DNA from: an uncultured Gemmatimonadaceae bacterium | GTDB taxonomy: Bacteria; Gemmatimonadota; Gemmatimonadetes; Gemmatimonadales; Gemmatimonadaceae | Assembly: GCA_963781585.1 (NCBI GenBank) | Contig: CAWAGQ010000008.1 | Location: forward strand, 64,001-128,000 | DNA: 64,000 nt | Reading direction: 5' to 3' | Shown here: positions 41,526-52,129 of the stretch, one piece after another | How the letters are laid out: the number at the start of each line of letters is the position of its first letter | Numbering within the stretch: the first letter of the stretch is position 1 | Translations under genes and position numbers: made by a program | The notes under the pieces: model-generated | Told to the model about the DNA's origin: nothing | The model's input: the letters and a program-made list of their open reading frames with translations, nothing else | Databases searched by the model: none

Positions 41526-43961
41526 ATGCGCCCCGTGACTCCGCTCACCCTCCTCATCCGCGACTTCGTCCACGATATCCGCCACGCCGTGCGCACGATG
41601 CGTGTGCGCCCCGGATTCGTCGCAGTCGTCGTACTCACGCTCGCCCTGGGAATCGGCGCCACCACGTCCATCTTCTCGGTGGTCAACGGGGTCATCCTTC
41701 ACCCACTCGGCTTCCCCAACGAAGGCCGCCTGTTCACGCTGTGCGAGCAGTATCCGGGCTCGCCTGCCGACTGGTGCTCGATCTCTCCGCCGAACGTCAG
41801 CGAGATTGCCGAGCGCGCGACTTCGATCGAGACCATCGGCTTCGGTCGCTCGTGGGAATCGCACATGACCACTGCCGGCGGCGAGCTCGCCGTTCGCAGC
41901 GGAATCGCGACGCCCGGCCTCTTCCGCGCGCTGGGCGTGCGGGTGGTGCGCGGGCGGATGATCGACTCCACCGACCTGCTCGGCCGCGAAAGCGACGTCG
42001 CGCTGCTCACGTACGAGATGTGGCAGGGGCGGTTCAACGCAGACCCGGCCGTCGTCGGCAGCCTCGTCACCCTCGACAAGCATTCCGTGCAAATCGTCGG
42101 CATCCTGCAGCCGGGGTTTCACCTGCCGCTCTTCGAGACGATCGAGCTCTGGCGCCCCGTTCACGTGCTGCCGCGGGACGAGCGGAACCGCGAGTGGCGC
42201 GGCTTCGTCGCCTACGGACTGCTGAAGCCGGGACGAACGATCGCACAGTTGCGGGCCGAGCTGGCGGGGATCACGTCCACGATCCGAAAGGAGCACTTCG
42301 CCGCCGTCCCGGTCTGGGGCGTCACGCCGATGCCGATGCGTGACCTCGTGATCCGCCACGTCCGCCCGATGCTCCTCCTCTTTCTCGGCGCGGTGTCGCT
42401 GGTGCTGCTCATCGCCTGTGCCAACGTGAGCAACCTCCTGCTCGCGCGCTCTGCAGAACGTGGCCGCGAGATGGCCATGCGCGCCGCGCTCGGTGCCGGG
42501 AAGGGACGGATCGTGCGCGCTCTGCTCGCCGAGAGTCTCGTGATGGCCGTCGCCGGAGCCGCGGCCGGCCTGGCGATCGCTGAGGGAGGTGTGCGTGCCT
42601 TCCGTGCGCTCGCGCCGCAGGGAATCCCGCGTGTATCGGAGGTCGGGATCGATGGCGCGGTCCTGGCGTTCGTGACCGCGCTTGCAGTGGTCACCGCGGT
42701 GCTCACCGGGTTCGTCCCCGCGCTGCGCGCAGGCCGTGTGGACCTCGCGCAGATGCTGCGCGAGGGCGGACGATCCGGCCCGGCGGCGCGCTCGCGGCTC
42801 AGCACGGCGCTGGTGGTGGCCGAGCTCGCGATGGCAGTGGTGATCATCGCCTGTGCCGGAACGCTGGCGCGGAGCTTCGCGCGATTCGTCTCCTGGGATC
42901 CCGGGTTCGATCGCGAACACGTCGTGCTGTTCTCGCTCTCGCCGCCCACGGCCACCTACGGCACGAAAGAGAAGCTCGACCTCCTCTGGGATCGCACCGA
43001 GTCGGCCGTCGGCGCGATTCCGGGCGTGCGCGCGGTGGGAACGGCCAGTGCCGGACCGCTGTTCGGAGGGCGCGAGACATGGGAGATGGAGGTCGAAGGG
43101 CGGGCGCCGGACCAGCGGGAGTCGGTGCGGTGGTACGATGCGAGTCCCGGGTTCTCTGCGGCGGTGGGCGTACCACTGGTGACCGGGCGTCCGCTCGACG
43201 GGCACGATACTCCCAACTCGCCGCTCGTCGCGCTGGCGAACCAGACCCTCGCTCGTCGCTTCTGGCCCAGCTCGAGCTCGATCGGCAAGCACCTCGTCTT
43301 CGCGATCGGTCAGGAGCGCGCGGAATTCACGATCGTGGGAGTGGTTGCCGACGTGCCGCCGGTGCAGCCGGGCACCCTGCCGGAGCCAGAACTGTACTGG
43401 TCGAACCGTCAGATTCCGCGTCCCTTCACCTGGGTCTGGGTGCGGACCACCGTGCCCCCGGCAACGGTGACCGGGGCCATCACGAGCGCGGTGCAGTCGA
43501 TCGACCGTGACCTCGTTCCGAGCACCTTCCGCACGCTTCCCGAGCTCCTCGACCGCGAGCTCGCGTCGCCGCGCTTTGCGTCGTTGCTGTTCGCCAGTCT
43601 GAGCGGCGTGGCGCTGCTGCTCTCGGCAATCGGGACGTACGGACTGCTCGCGTACGTCGTGACGCGGCGGCAGCGGGAATTCGGGATCCGGCTGGCAGTC
43701 GGCGCACAGCGTGGCGACGTGATGCGCGACGTCCTGTTGCGCGGCCTCGGCATGGCCGGCGCCGGGCTGGTCATCGGGCTGATCGCGTTCGTCGCGCTCG
43801 CTTCGACGCTCGCGGCGTTTGCTCCAGGCGTGCCCCCCCGCGATCCGCGCATACTCGCGTTGGCCAGTACGGTGCTGCTCGTCGTGGTCGTACTCGCCTG
43901 CGTCCTGCCGGCTTGGCGCGCGGGACGGGTGGACCCCGCGCTCACGCTCGCCGCCGAGTAG
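41526..43961 (+). CDS. Orphan duplicated ABC permease (paralog of 1979-4378)
   Basis: LALGIGATT, LLIACANVSNLLLAR and REFGIRLAVGA; shares LCE..C..SPPN and WRGF motifs with the first permease. Confidence 0.9.
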   Translation: MRPVTPLTLLIRDFVHDIRHAVRTMRVRPGFVAVVVLTLALGIGATTSIFSVVNGVILHPLGFPNEGRLFTLCEQYPGSPADWCSISPPNVSEIAERATSIETIGFGRSWESHMTTAGGELAVRSGIATPGLFRALGVRVVRGRMIDSTDLLGRESDVALLTYEMWQGRFNADPAVVGSLVTLDKHSVQIVGILQPGFHLPLFETIELWRPVHVLPRDERNREWRGFVAYGLLKPGRTIAQLRAELAGITSTIRKEHFAAVPVWGVTPMPMRDLVIRHVRPMLLLFLGAVSLVLLIACANVSNLLLARSAERGREMAMRAALGAGKGRIVRALLAESLVMAVAGAAAGLAIAEGGVRAFRALAPQGIPRVSEVGIDGAVLAFVTALAVVTAVLTGFVPALRAGRVDLAQMLREGGRSGPAARSRLSTALVVAELAMAVVIIACAGTLARSFARFVSWDPGFDREHVVLFSLSPPTATYGTKEKLDLLWDRTESAVGAIPGVRAVGTASAGPLFGGRETWEMEVEGRAPDQRESVRWYDASPGFSAAVGVPLVTGRPLDGHDTPNSPLVALANQTLARRFWPSSSSIGKHLVFAIGQERAEFTIVGVVADVPPVQPGTLPEPELYWSNRQIPRPFTWVWVRTTVPPATVTGAITSAVQSIDRDLVPSTFRTLPELLDRELASPRFASLLFASLSGVALLLSAIGTYGLLAYVVTRRQREFGIRLAVGAQRGDVMRDVLLRGLGMAGAGLVIGLIAFVALASTLAAFAPGVPPRDPRILALASTVLLVVVVLACVLPAWRAGRVDPALTLAAE

Positions 43962-44019
43962 CTGCGCTCGTCAGGCAGGCGGATTCGCCGTCCGGCCACC
44001 CCACAGGGGGAGCGCGCGC

Positions 44020-46728
44020 CTACTCGGCGCGCAACGCCGCCGCCGGATCGACCCGCGCCGCGCGAGCGGCCGGGAGCCAGCAAGCGGCCACCCCCACCAC
44101 CGCGAGCATGAAAGCGACGCCGACCAGCGTGGTTGGATCGTGCGGCGTGACTCCGAACAGGAGGCCGCGCAACAGCCGGGCCGCGGCCAGCGCACCGGTC
44201 GCGCCGACCGCCAGCCCCGCCGCGAGCAGCACGCCTCCCTCGCCGAGTACCATGCGATGGACGCGTCCCGCGCCCGCCCCGAGACTCATCCGGATGCCGA
44301 TCTCCGCGGTGCGTGAGCTCACCGAGAACGCCAGCACGCCGGCGATGCCGACCATCGCAATTACGAACGCCAGCGTGCCGAACGACGTGATGAACAGCGC
44401 ATTCAGGCGGCGCGGCGCCACCGACTGGTCGCGAATCTGCTCGAGCGTCTCCACGTGCTCGATCAATTGCAGCGGATACATCTCGTGAATCGCTGCGACA
44501 ATCGCCGGACCGATCAGCGCCGGATCCGACGTCGTTCTCACAACCAGCGCGCCGTTGACAATCATCTCCTGCGCGAACGGCAGGTACACCGCGGGTGTCG
44601 GATCGCTGTCGAGGCCCGCGTCGCGGGTGTCACCCACGACGCCCACCACCGTGCGCCAGTCATCGGTGAACGGAGTGAACCTCAACACCGCGCCCGTCCA
44701 GGCGATGTGACGGCCGATCGGATCCTGGTCGCCGAAGAGTTGTCTGGCGAAGGACTGGCTCAGCACAGCGACCAGCTCCGTACCGCGCCGGTCGGTCGTC
44801 CCGAATCCATGGCCTTCGACCAGCGGAATGCCGGCCGCCGTGAAGTAGTCGGGATCGACCATCTTCATGTCGGCGTGGGGTGTCGGCCGGTTCGGGGGAA
44901 CGGTGCGGCCTTCGGCCTTTACGTCGAAGCCGACCATCGAATTGCGGAGCGGCACACCGGTCCCGATCGCCGCCAGACGGACACCGGGTAGTGCGGCCAC
45001 GCGGTCCCGGATGCGGTCGTACTTCGCGAGGTTCTCGGGTTGCTTCAATATTTCGCGGAGCAGATCTCCCTGGAGCGGGAGATCGAGCGTCAGCACATGA
45101 TTGACGCGCACGCCCGCGTCCACCGCCTGCAGCTTGTCCAGCGTGCGCATCAGGAGTCCTGCGCCGGTGAGCAGCACCATGCAGAGGGCGACTTGCGCGA
45201 CGACCAGCGACCGCTGAACGCGCTGTCGCCCGCGGCCCAGCGTCGTACGGCGGCCTCCGCCCGTGGGAGTCAGAGACGCGGCGACCACGCGCTCTCCGCC
45301 AATACGGGGAACGAACGACAGCGCGACCGCCACCACCACGCTCGTGGCCAGTCCGACCGCGAGCACGACGCCGTCGACCCGAATCTCGCTGGCGCGCGGC
45401 GAGAACTGCCCGGCGAACGCCACCAGCAGCTTGAGCCCGGCGAGCGCCACCAGCACTCCCAGCGCAGCACCGATCAATGCGAGCACGAGGTTCTCGACCA
45501 GCAACAGGCGCCGCAGCCGTCCCCTCCCCGCACCGAGGGCCGCGCGCAGGTGCATCTCGCGCTCGCGGCCCACGCCGCGCATCAGTGTGAGGTTGGAGAC
45601 GTTGGCGCATGCAATCAGGAGCACGAATGCCGCCGCGCCCATCAGCAGCCAGAAGGTGAGCGACGCGCGCTCGTTCTCCGCCTCCTTGAGCGGTGACAGG
45701 CTGATCTCGTAGTGCGCCGCCTTCTCGTACGCGTCCGGGTGATCGCGGAACACGTTCGACGCGAGGCGGCTGATCTCCTCACGCGCCTGCTCGACCGCCG
45801 TGTTCGGGGCGAGGCGCGCGAAGACCTCGGTCATGCGATGGCTGCGGTCGGTGACCATCGTCGCGCTGAGATGGTGCGGGCTCGTCACGGTGTTCACGAA
45901 CACGTCGGTGGCCTGCGGATACTGCGGCGCCGGCTGCATCACGCCGATGATCGTGGAGATCTGATCGTTCATGCGGACCGTGCTGCCGAGGATGCCGGAG
46001 TCTCCACCGAAGTGCTCCATCCAGTACTGAAATGACAGGACGGAAACGGACGCCGCGGCCGCGCCGTCGTCACGGGGAGTCGTGAGCCGGCCCAGCACCG
46101 GCTCGAGGCCCATCACGTCGAAGTAGTTGCCGCTCACGACCGCGGCCCGCACGCGCACCGGATACCCGTCGCTGCCCACGAGGGTGAACGGCATGACGTT
46201 GGAATACTCGGCGATGGCCGAAAGCGTCTTCGAGCCCGTTCGGTAGTCGGCGATCTCGGGAATGGAGAAGAGGACGTTGTGTTCCTTCGCCCCAGGCGCC
46301 GATTGTCGCAGGTACACGAGCCGCTGGCCATCGCGATTGGGCAACGGCCGCAGGAGCGTGCCACGCAGCAGCGTGAACATCGCCGTGTTCGCCCCGATTC
46401 CGAGCGCGAGCGTCAGGACGACCGTCGTCGTGAAGCCCTTTGCGCGCCGGAGACTGCGCAAGGCGAAGGCGATGTCGCGAGCCAGTTCCTCGAGCCACCG
46501 GGTGCCGCGGGTGTCGCGCACCCGCTCCTTCTGGAGCTCGAGTCCGCCCAGGGCGCGCATCGCGGCGTACCGTGCTGCTTCAGCCGGCATGCCGCGGGCG
46601 ATGTTCTCGGCGATCTGACGTTCCAGGTGGTACCGCAGCTCCTCGTCCAGCTCGCGCTCCACGGTGGCTCGCCGAAACAGCGAACGAAGACGGAGGGGCA
46701 CAACGCTCAGCAACCGGTCGAGGCTCAT
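44020..46728 (-). CDS. Orphan duplicated ABC permease with permease prefix domain
   Basis: ERELDEELRYHLE..GM..EAAR, LLIACANVSNL and EIGIRMSLGA; directly downstream of PadR. Confidence 0.92.
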   Translation of the reverse strand: MSLDRLLSVVPLRLRSLFRRATVERELDEELRYHLERQIAENIARGMPAEAARYAAMRALGGLELQKERVRDTRGTRWLEELARDIAFALRSLRRAKGFTTTVVLTLALGIGANTAMFTLLRGTLLRPLPNRDGQRLVYLRQSAPGAKEHNVLFSIPEIADYRTGSKTLSAIAEYSNVMPFTLVGSDGYPVRVRAAVVSGNYFDVMGLEPVLGRLTTPRDDGAAAASVSVLSFQYWMEHFGGDSGILGSTVRMNDQISTIIGVMQPAPQYPQATDVFVNTVTSPHHLSATMVTDRSHRMTEVFARLAPNTAVEQAREEISRLASNVFRDHPDAYEKAAHYEISLSPLKEAENERASLTFWLLMGAAAFVLLIACANVSNLTLMRGVGREREMHLRAALGAGRGRLRRLLLVENLVLALIGAALGVLVALAGLKLLVAFAGQFSPRASEIRVDGVVLAVGLATSVVVAVALSFVPRIGGERVVAASLTPTGGGRRTTLGRGRQRVQRSLVVAQVALCMVLLTGAGLLMRTLDKLQAVDAGVRVNHVLTLDLPLQGDLLREILKQPENLAKYDRIRDRVAALPGVRLAAIGTGVPLRNSMVGFDVKAEGRTVPPNRPTPHADMKMVDPDYFTAAGIPLVEGHGFGTTDRRGTELVAVLSQSFARQLFGDQDPIGRHIAWTGAVLRFTPFTDDWRTVVGVVGDTRDAGLDSDPTPAVYLPFAQEMIVNGALVVRTTSDPALIGPAIVAAIHEMYPLQLIEHVETLEQIRDQSVAPRRLNALFITSFGTLAFVIAMVGIAGVLAFSVSSRTAEIGIRMSLGAGAGRVHRMVLGEGGVLLAAGLAVGATGALAAARLLRGLLFGVTPHDPTTLVGVAFMLAVVGVAACWLPAARAARVDPAAALRAE

Positions 46729-46729
46729 C

Positions 46730-47065
46730 TCAGACCTCCTGGAGACGCAGCAGCGCGGTGATGGCGCCGGCGAGCCGGTCCCAGTTGCCCGATTCGACCT
46801 GCAGCTGCCTTCGTCCGGCACGCGTGAGGGAGTAGAACTTGGCGCGCCGGTTGTTCTCGCTTTGCCGCCACTCCGAGGTGATCCATCCTTCCTGCTCCAG
46901 CTTGTGGAGCGCCGGATAGAGCGATCCGTCGCTGACCTGCAGCACGTCCGAGGACAACCGCGTCAGCCGTTGCCCGATCGCCCATCCGTTCATCGGCTTG
47001 AGCGCCAGCATCTTGAGAACGAGCAGATCCAGCGTGCCCTGCACCAGGTCTGTCGGCTTGCTCAT
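46730..47065 (-). CDS. PadR family regulator (acidobacterial type)
   Basis: QGTLDLLVLK, GSLYPALHKLE and SENNRRAKFY. Confidence 0.93.
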   Translation of the reverse strand: MSKPTDLVQGTLDLLVLKMLALKPMNGWAIGQRLTRLSSDVLQVSDGSLYPALHKLEQEGWITSEWRQSENNRRAKFYSLTRAGRRQLQVESGNWDRLAGAITALLRLQEV

Positions 47066-47074
47066 GGTTCCTCA

Positions 47075-47120
47075 CTCGGTTACCGAGATGAGGATACCAT
47101 CGCTCCACTCGGTAAGCAAG
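47075..47120. promoter_or_regulatory. Putative PadR operators
   Basis: Palindrome CTCGGT-T-ACCGAG (47075-47087) and related CTCGGTAAGCAAG (47108-47120) just upstream of padR. Confidence 0.6.
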
Positions 47121-47174
47121 GGGGGACTGCTGGGGCGCAACCGGTCAGGGAGGGGCTGCCGGCCCTTCCGGCAC

Positions 47175-47660
47175 TCAGAGGTTCGGGAGCACGTCGAGTG
47201 CGAGCGCCTTCTCCATGTCCATTTGACTGGCCTGACCCCGGACGCCATAGAGGCGAACGACGAAGGCGACGCTCCCCTTCTTCACGGACAGGGTCGTCAG
47301 GCTGCCGACCGTGGCGTAGACCGCGTCTTCCCCGATACCGCTGGCGGCCGTCTTCGTGACTCCAGGGAGTGGAGTCTGGAAATCCGTAAACGCCTGCGCG
47401 TCCCAGAGCTGGAGCGTGACCCTCGGGACCGTAGTGTTCGGCTTGGGTGCCGCAGCCCACTGGCACCCCGACGTGCCAATTGGCTCTCCTGCCCCGACGG
47501 TCATCCCGACTATGCCGCTGATCTGGGCCTGCGTGAGCATCGCACAGGGATCGGTGGCGGCCCGGGCGAACGCGGTGCGAGCGCTGGCCGCGTCGAGCAC
47601 GAAGACGATACCGGTGCAGACGGTGGCGACAATCAGGATCCTGCAGTGTTTCGACCTCAT
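47175..47660 (-). CDS. Secreted hypothetical protein (DUF3558-like)
   Basis: Signal peptide, DPCAMLT..I, CQW and GIGEDA. Confidence 0.6.
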   Translation of the reverse strand: MRSKHCRILIVATVCTGIVFVLDAASARTAFARAATDPCAMLTQAQISGIVGMTVGAGEPIGTSGCQWAAAPKPNTTVPRVTLQLWDAQAFTDFQTPLPGVTKTAASGIGEDAVYATVGSLTTLSVKKGSVAFVVRLYGVRGQASQMDMEKALALDVLPNL

Positions 47661-47905
47661 CGGTCAGCCTCCTTCCATCAGCGGACGCATCCCCTACCGC
47701 GCTCCAACACCTCTGCCCGTCGCGAGGCCGGCTGCCTGTTCGCGGTGCTCAAACATGGCCCCTCACTGAACGGACGCAAGCGAGCGCAGGGCGCGGCATG
47801 AGAAGGTCCGGCCGCCGTCCGCCACTCCGGATCCTGGTCAGCAGGTTTGTCCCCGGCCGGCGGAGCGAATCTCTTCCGCGTTTGACAGCGTCATCCACAT
47901 GCCGC

Positions 47906-50881
47906 ATGATCCCCGTCAACGTGCTGCGCCTGTTGACCTTCGGAGGGCTCGCCCTCGACCGACCCGGGGGGCCGCTGCCGCCGCGGCTGCGCCCGCAGCG
48001 GCTGGCGATTCTCGCTGTGCTCGCTTCCGCCGCTGACCGTGGCATGTCGCGCGAGCGCATGGCCGGCCTCTTCTGGCCGGAAGCAGAGGAGGAGCGGGCC
48101 CGTCACTCGCTTCGCCAGGCGCTGTATGCGCTGCGTCAGGAGCTGGGCGCCGACGTGATCCGGTCCGGCGCGCTCCTGTCGCTCGACGGTTCGGCACTGA
48201 GCTCCGACGTCGGTGACTTCCGGGCGGCTCTGGCCGCGGGGGACCGCGCGCGTGCCGCGGCACTCGCGACCGGACCGTTCCTCCTGGGATTCTACCTCGC
48301 GGACAGCCCCGAATTCGAGCGCTGGGTGGAGGAAGAGCGGGCCGCCCTCGCCGTCGACGCCACCCGCGTCGTCCTCGCGCTCACGAAGGAGGCCGAGGCC
48401 GGCGGCGACCAGGACGCCGCCGCCGAGTGGTGGCGCCGGCTCACCATGCTCGACCCGCTGAGCGGCCGCTTCGCGTTAGGCTATCTGAAGGCACTGGCTG
48501 GTCGCGGCGACCGGGCCGGTGCGCTGGCCTTCGCCAGGGCGCACGAGAGCATCGTGCGCCGCGAGCTGGAGGCCGACTCCGATCCGGAGATCCGTCGACT
48601 TGAGGCGGAGTTGCGCGCCATCCCGTCGCCCGCCGTGGTCCGCGTCGCCCCGCCACGCGCGCCCGACGCCGGCGTCGCGGTCGATGGGGCGCCCGCCGCC
48701 ACACCTGACGAGGCAGGGCTCGACGCGAAGCCATCCAGCGTACCGATGCCAGCCCACGGCCCGAATGCCCCACGTGACACCGGTGCGGATGCAACGCCAT
48801 CGCGCGCCGACGCCATCCCGCCGGCGCGCTCACGGAAGCGACCCTGGCTCATCCCGAGCGTGGCAACCGCGGGCGTGTTGGTCGTCGTGTCCATCCTGAC
48901 CGCCGACCGGTGGGGCCCGCCGCTGGGCCTCGGCGTTCATCGTAGTTCACCGACGTTTGCGGTCGGGATGATCCGCGAGGAAGGCGTCCCCGACAGCCTG
49001 CGCATCGGCGGTGTGCTCACCGACATGCTCGCGACCAATCTGGCGCGCGTGGGCGGGCTCTCGGTGCTCTCCAACGCGCGGCTCTTCGAGTTGATGCTCC
49101 CTGGTCAGGATACGCTCGCCACCGGATACCTCGAGGCGGCACGGCGGGCCGGCGCCACCGAGATCTTTCAGGGGCGTTTGCTCTCCGGCCCGCAGTGGAG
49201 CCTGGCAATGGAGATCCAGCGCGTGGATCTCGCGACCGGCCTTGTTCGGAGCGGTTATCGCGTCGCCGCCAGCGACCGCTATGCGCTGATCGACAGCATG
49301 ACGGCGGCGATCGCACGCGACTTGCACGTCGGACTACCCAGCAGCTCGGTAGCCGACGCGACGACCGATTCGCCAATGGCATATCGCCTCTACGAGGAGG
49401 GACTCCGCGCCTACTATCAGTACGACGATCCTGCCGCTCGGCGCCTGATGCAGGCGGCGCTCCAGGAAGACTCGAGCTTCGCCATGGCGGCCTACTACGA
49501 CGCACTGCTCGCTCCGGGTGGAGGCGCTGAGGAGGTCGACACCCGCCGACGGGCGTTGCGGCTCGCCGCCCGCGCGCCCGAACGCGAACGCCTGACGATC
49601 ACGGCCGATTTGCTCACACTGAACATGGAACCGGCGGCGCTCGCCGTCGCCGACTCCTTGACCACCAGATATCCCACCAACCCGCGCGCGTTCGCGGTGG
49701 ATGCAACAGCCCTGTACATTGCCGGCGAATGGCGCGACGCCGTGACGGCGATCGAGCGTGCGATCGCGCTGGACTCGGCGTCGGAGCCCGTAGAGCGACG
49801 CAATTGCAGGCTCTGCTCGGACCTCGGGCAGCTTGCCGAGGTCTACTTCTGGTGGGATTCGCTGCCCGCGGCGGAGCGCACCGCGCAGCGCTTCCTCCGG
49901 CTTCGGCCGGGCTCGCACTATCCGTGGCATCTCCTGGTCCGTTCGGCGGCCGCGCGCGGGGACCTGAGCGCCTTCCGCGAGTACCTGCGACGCTTCGACG
50001 AGGCGAATCCGTCGATCACGTCGGCGAACTACCTGCTCCACTTCGTGACGCTCGCCGAGGATTACGACGAGGTCGAACGGAGCGTGCAGAAGGCCCTGGA
50101 CTCTCCGAGAGCGGACGACGCCGGCGAGGCCCGGTGGTTTCGCTCCATTTCGCTCCGGAACGAGGGACGACTGGAGGAAGCTCTCAGGCTGGCGCGCGTG
50201 CGTCCGAACCCTAACGACCTGGCCGAAGGATTGATCGCGCTCGAACGTGGGGATCCCCGTACCGCCGTCTCGATCTTTCGTGCGCGGGCTCGCGTGAGTC
50301 AGTCCATGTGGCCATCCGGGATCCGAGCACGGCATGAGGCCTGGGACAGGACGCTCCTGGGCATGGCACTGGCCTCCGCGGGGGACACGATTGCCCTCCG
50401 CGCTCTCGCCGATACCGTGGAGAACCTGGGACGCCGGAGCATCTACGGACGCGACCGGCGCGCGCATCACTACTTGCGTGGGATGCTGCTGGTGGCCGAG
50501 CACCGGGACCCGGAAGCGGTTGAGGAGCTGCGCCAGGCGATTCACTCATCGACCAACGGCTTCACGCGGGTCAACTACGAGCTGGGGAAGACGCTCATGC
50601 GGCTGGGTCGCCCTGCCGAGGCCGCACCGATCGTGCGGTCCGCCCTGCACGGCGACATCGATGGATCGAATCTGTATGTCACACGAACCGACCTCCACGA
50701 GCTCCTCGCACAGGTATTCGATCGACTGGGGAGTCGCGACAGCGCAGCCGTGCACTACCGGGCAGTAGTCAAGGCCTGGGAGCACGCCGACCCGCTCTAC
50801 CAGGCGCGGCGCGAGGCGGCACGCGCGTGGCTCGCTCGGCATCCAGAGCCGCAGACCACCGGTACAGCCAAGGACCGTTAG
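47906..50881 (+). CDS. SARP/BTAD-domain regulator with TM and TPR region
   Basis: LRLLTFGGL, FWPE.EEERARHSLRQALY, GPFL.GF...EFERW and DPLS; C-terminal TPRs. Confidence 0.85.
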   Translation: MIPVNVLRLLTFGGLALDRPGGPLPPRLRPQRLAILAVLASAADRGMSRERMAGLFWPEAEEERARHSLRQALYALRQELGADVIRSGALLSLDGSALSSDVGDFRAALAAGDRARAAALATGPFLLGFYLADSPEFERWVEEERAALAVDATRVVLALTKEAEAGGDQDAAAEWWRRLTMLDPLSGRFALGYLKALAGRGDRAGALAFARAHESIVRRELEADSDPEIRRLEAELRAIPSPAVVRVAPPRAPDAGVAVDGAPAATPDEAGLDAKPSSVPMPAHGPNAPRDTGADATPSRADAIPPARSRKRPWLIPSVATAGVLVVVSILTADRWGPPLGLGVHRSSPTFAVGMIREEGVPDSLRIGGVLTDMLATNLARVGGLSVLSNARLFELMLPGQDTLATGYLEAARRAGATEIFQGRLLSGPQWSLAMEIQRVDLATGLVRSGYRVAASDRYALIDSMTAAIARDLHVGLPSSSVADATTDSPMAYRLYEEGLRAYYQYDDPAARRLMQAALQEDSSFAMAAYYDALLAPGGGAEEVDTRRRALRLAARAPERERLTITADLLTLNMEPAALAVADSLTTRYPTNPRAFAVDATALYIAGEWRDAVTAIERAIALDSASEPVERRNCRLCSDLGQLAEVYFWWDSLPAAERTAQRFLRLRPGSHYPWHLLVRSAAARGDLSAFREYLRRFDEANPSITSANYLLHFVTLAEDYDEVERSVQKALDSPRADDAGEARWFRSISLRNEGRLEEALRLARVRPNPNDLAEGLIALERGDPRTAVSIFRARARVSQSMWPSGIRARHEAWDRTLLGMALASAGDTIALRALADTVENLGRRSIYGRDRRAHHYLRGMLLVAEHRDPEAVEELRQAIHSSTNGFTRVNYELGKTLMRLGRPAEAAPIVRSALHGDIDGSNLYVTRTDLHELLAQVFDRLGSRDSAAVHYRAVVKAWEHADPLYQARREAARAWLARHPEPQTTGTAKDR

Positions 50882-50950
50882 GCTGTTGCCGCGCAGGGCG
50901 TGTTCCTCGAGGGGGCGGCCCGCCCTGGGAGCCCGGGAACACCGCACGCC

Positions 50951-51628
50951 CTATTGGCTCGATTCGCTCGTCTCGATCCACCGCTCCAGCAGGGCGAGAT
51001 GCCGCGTCATGACGGCCTCGGCATCGAGGACGCCCTGGTCCGATGGATCACGCGGTCCCGTTCGCTGCATCGCGAGGTCCGCATCCATGAAGAACGCCGC
51101 ACCGTCCGCCCTGCCCTCGGTGTCCACGCCTGGCATGTCATCGACGCCGCCCGGAGCGCGTTCGTCGAGAAGCCTGCGATACATCGCGTAGTACCGGTCA
51201 GCGGCAGCGATGTACGGCTCCACCGCCTGTGACTCGAGGTAGTCGCCCACGGTCCCGTCCGCGCCGTACACTCCTTCTGTCTCGGGGTGCGGTTCGTTCT
51301 CGACGAACGATTCGCTTCCATCGGCCTGCACGATCCGGCCGAGGGGGTAGAGGCGGCAGACGAGCGGACGGTCGGCGTGGACGCTGCAGCCATGCGGTCC
51401 GAGAAAGACGCACGCACTGTCCGGACGCGAGGCCAGTGCGACGCCGCCGTCCACGGTGAAATGTGCGATTACCTCCGTGGTCGTTGTGCCGAGATACCGC
51501 GCCAGTCGTGCGAGCTCGTATGGATTGACCTGGATGCGCTTGCCGTAGCAGCACCGGCTGCACGCGCGGCACCGATACGCGAACGCCGATGATCGCGCGT
51601 GCAGCACGGGCAGGGGCGCTGCCGCCAC
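50951..51628 (-). CDS. YkgJ family CxxCxxCC cysteine-cluster protein
   Basis: CRACSRCC and CVFL..GCSVHADRPLVCRLYP. Confidence 0.9.
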   Translation of the reverse strand: MAAAPLPVLHARSSAFAYRCRACSRCCYGKRIQVNPYELARLARYLGTTTTEVIAHFTVDGGVALASRPDSACVFLGPHGCSVHADRPLVCRLYPLGRIVQADGSESFVENEPHPETEGVYGADGTVGDYLESQAVEPYIAAADRYYAMYRRLLDERAPGGVDDMPGVDTEGRADGAAFFMDADLAMQRTGPRDPSDQGVLDAEAVMTRHLALLERWIETSESSQ

Positions 51629-51991
51629 TCAGTCTCCCGGCGCTGACATCACGGCGCGCACCTTGTCCTGGATCATCGACGGAATGCCCATCGTGCCCAG
51701 CTCACGCGACAGCGAGTCGTACCACTTGACCTGCGTGCGGGCTCCGGCGGGTGATCCCACAAACATGCTGACCGCGTCCGTGAGGTCGAAGCCGCCCACG
51801 AGGGCACCGCCATCCCCCGGTGCCTTGTAGAACTTGATCTGCAGTCGCACGGCGCTGGGCGCCGCGGCCAGGAGTTCCGCCGGCACGCCCAGGCCCGCTC
51901 CCAGTGCCAGGGCCGCGGCCAGCCGGACGCTGTCACGTCGGGAGACGGCAGGAGCGTCGTCGCGCTTTGGTCCGATCTTCTCGTCAGGCAT
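51629..51991 (-). CDS. Small protein with Tat-like signal
   Basis: SRRDSVRLAAALALGAGLG; start at 51991 inferred. Confidence 0.6.
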   Translation of the reverse strand: MPDEKIGPKRDDAPAVSRRDSVRLAAALALGAGLGVPAELLAAAPSAVRLQIKFYKAPGDGGALVGGFDLTDAVSMFVGSPAGARTQVKWYDSLSRELGTMGIPSMIQDKVRAVMSAPGD

Positions 51992-52129
51992 GACCGCCTC
52001 CATGTGCGGGTTGCTGTGAAACGCCGTCGTGCGTCCCGGCCAGACGTCCAGGTCGTGCTCGCACCGCATCGTGACGCCCGCACCTGGGGGGCTGTGGAGC
52101 CCGCAATGAACGACTTCCCGTCCGTGGCG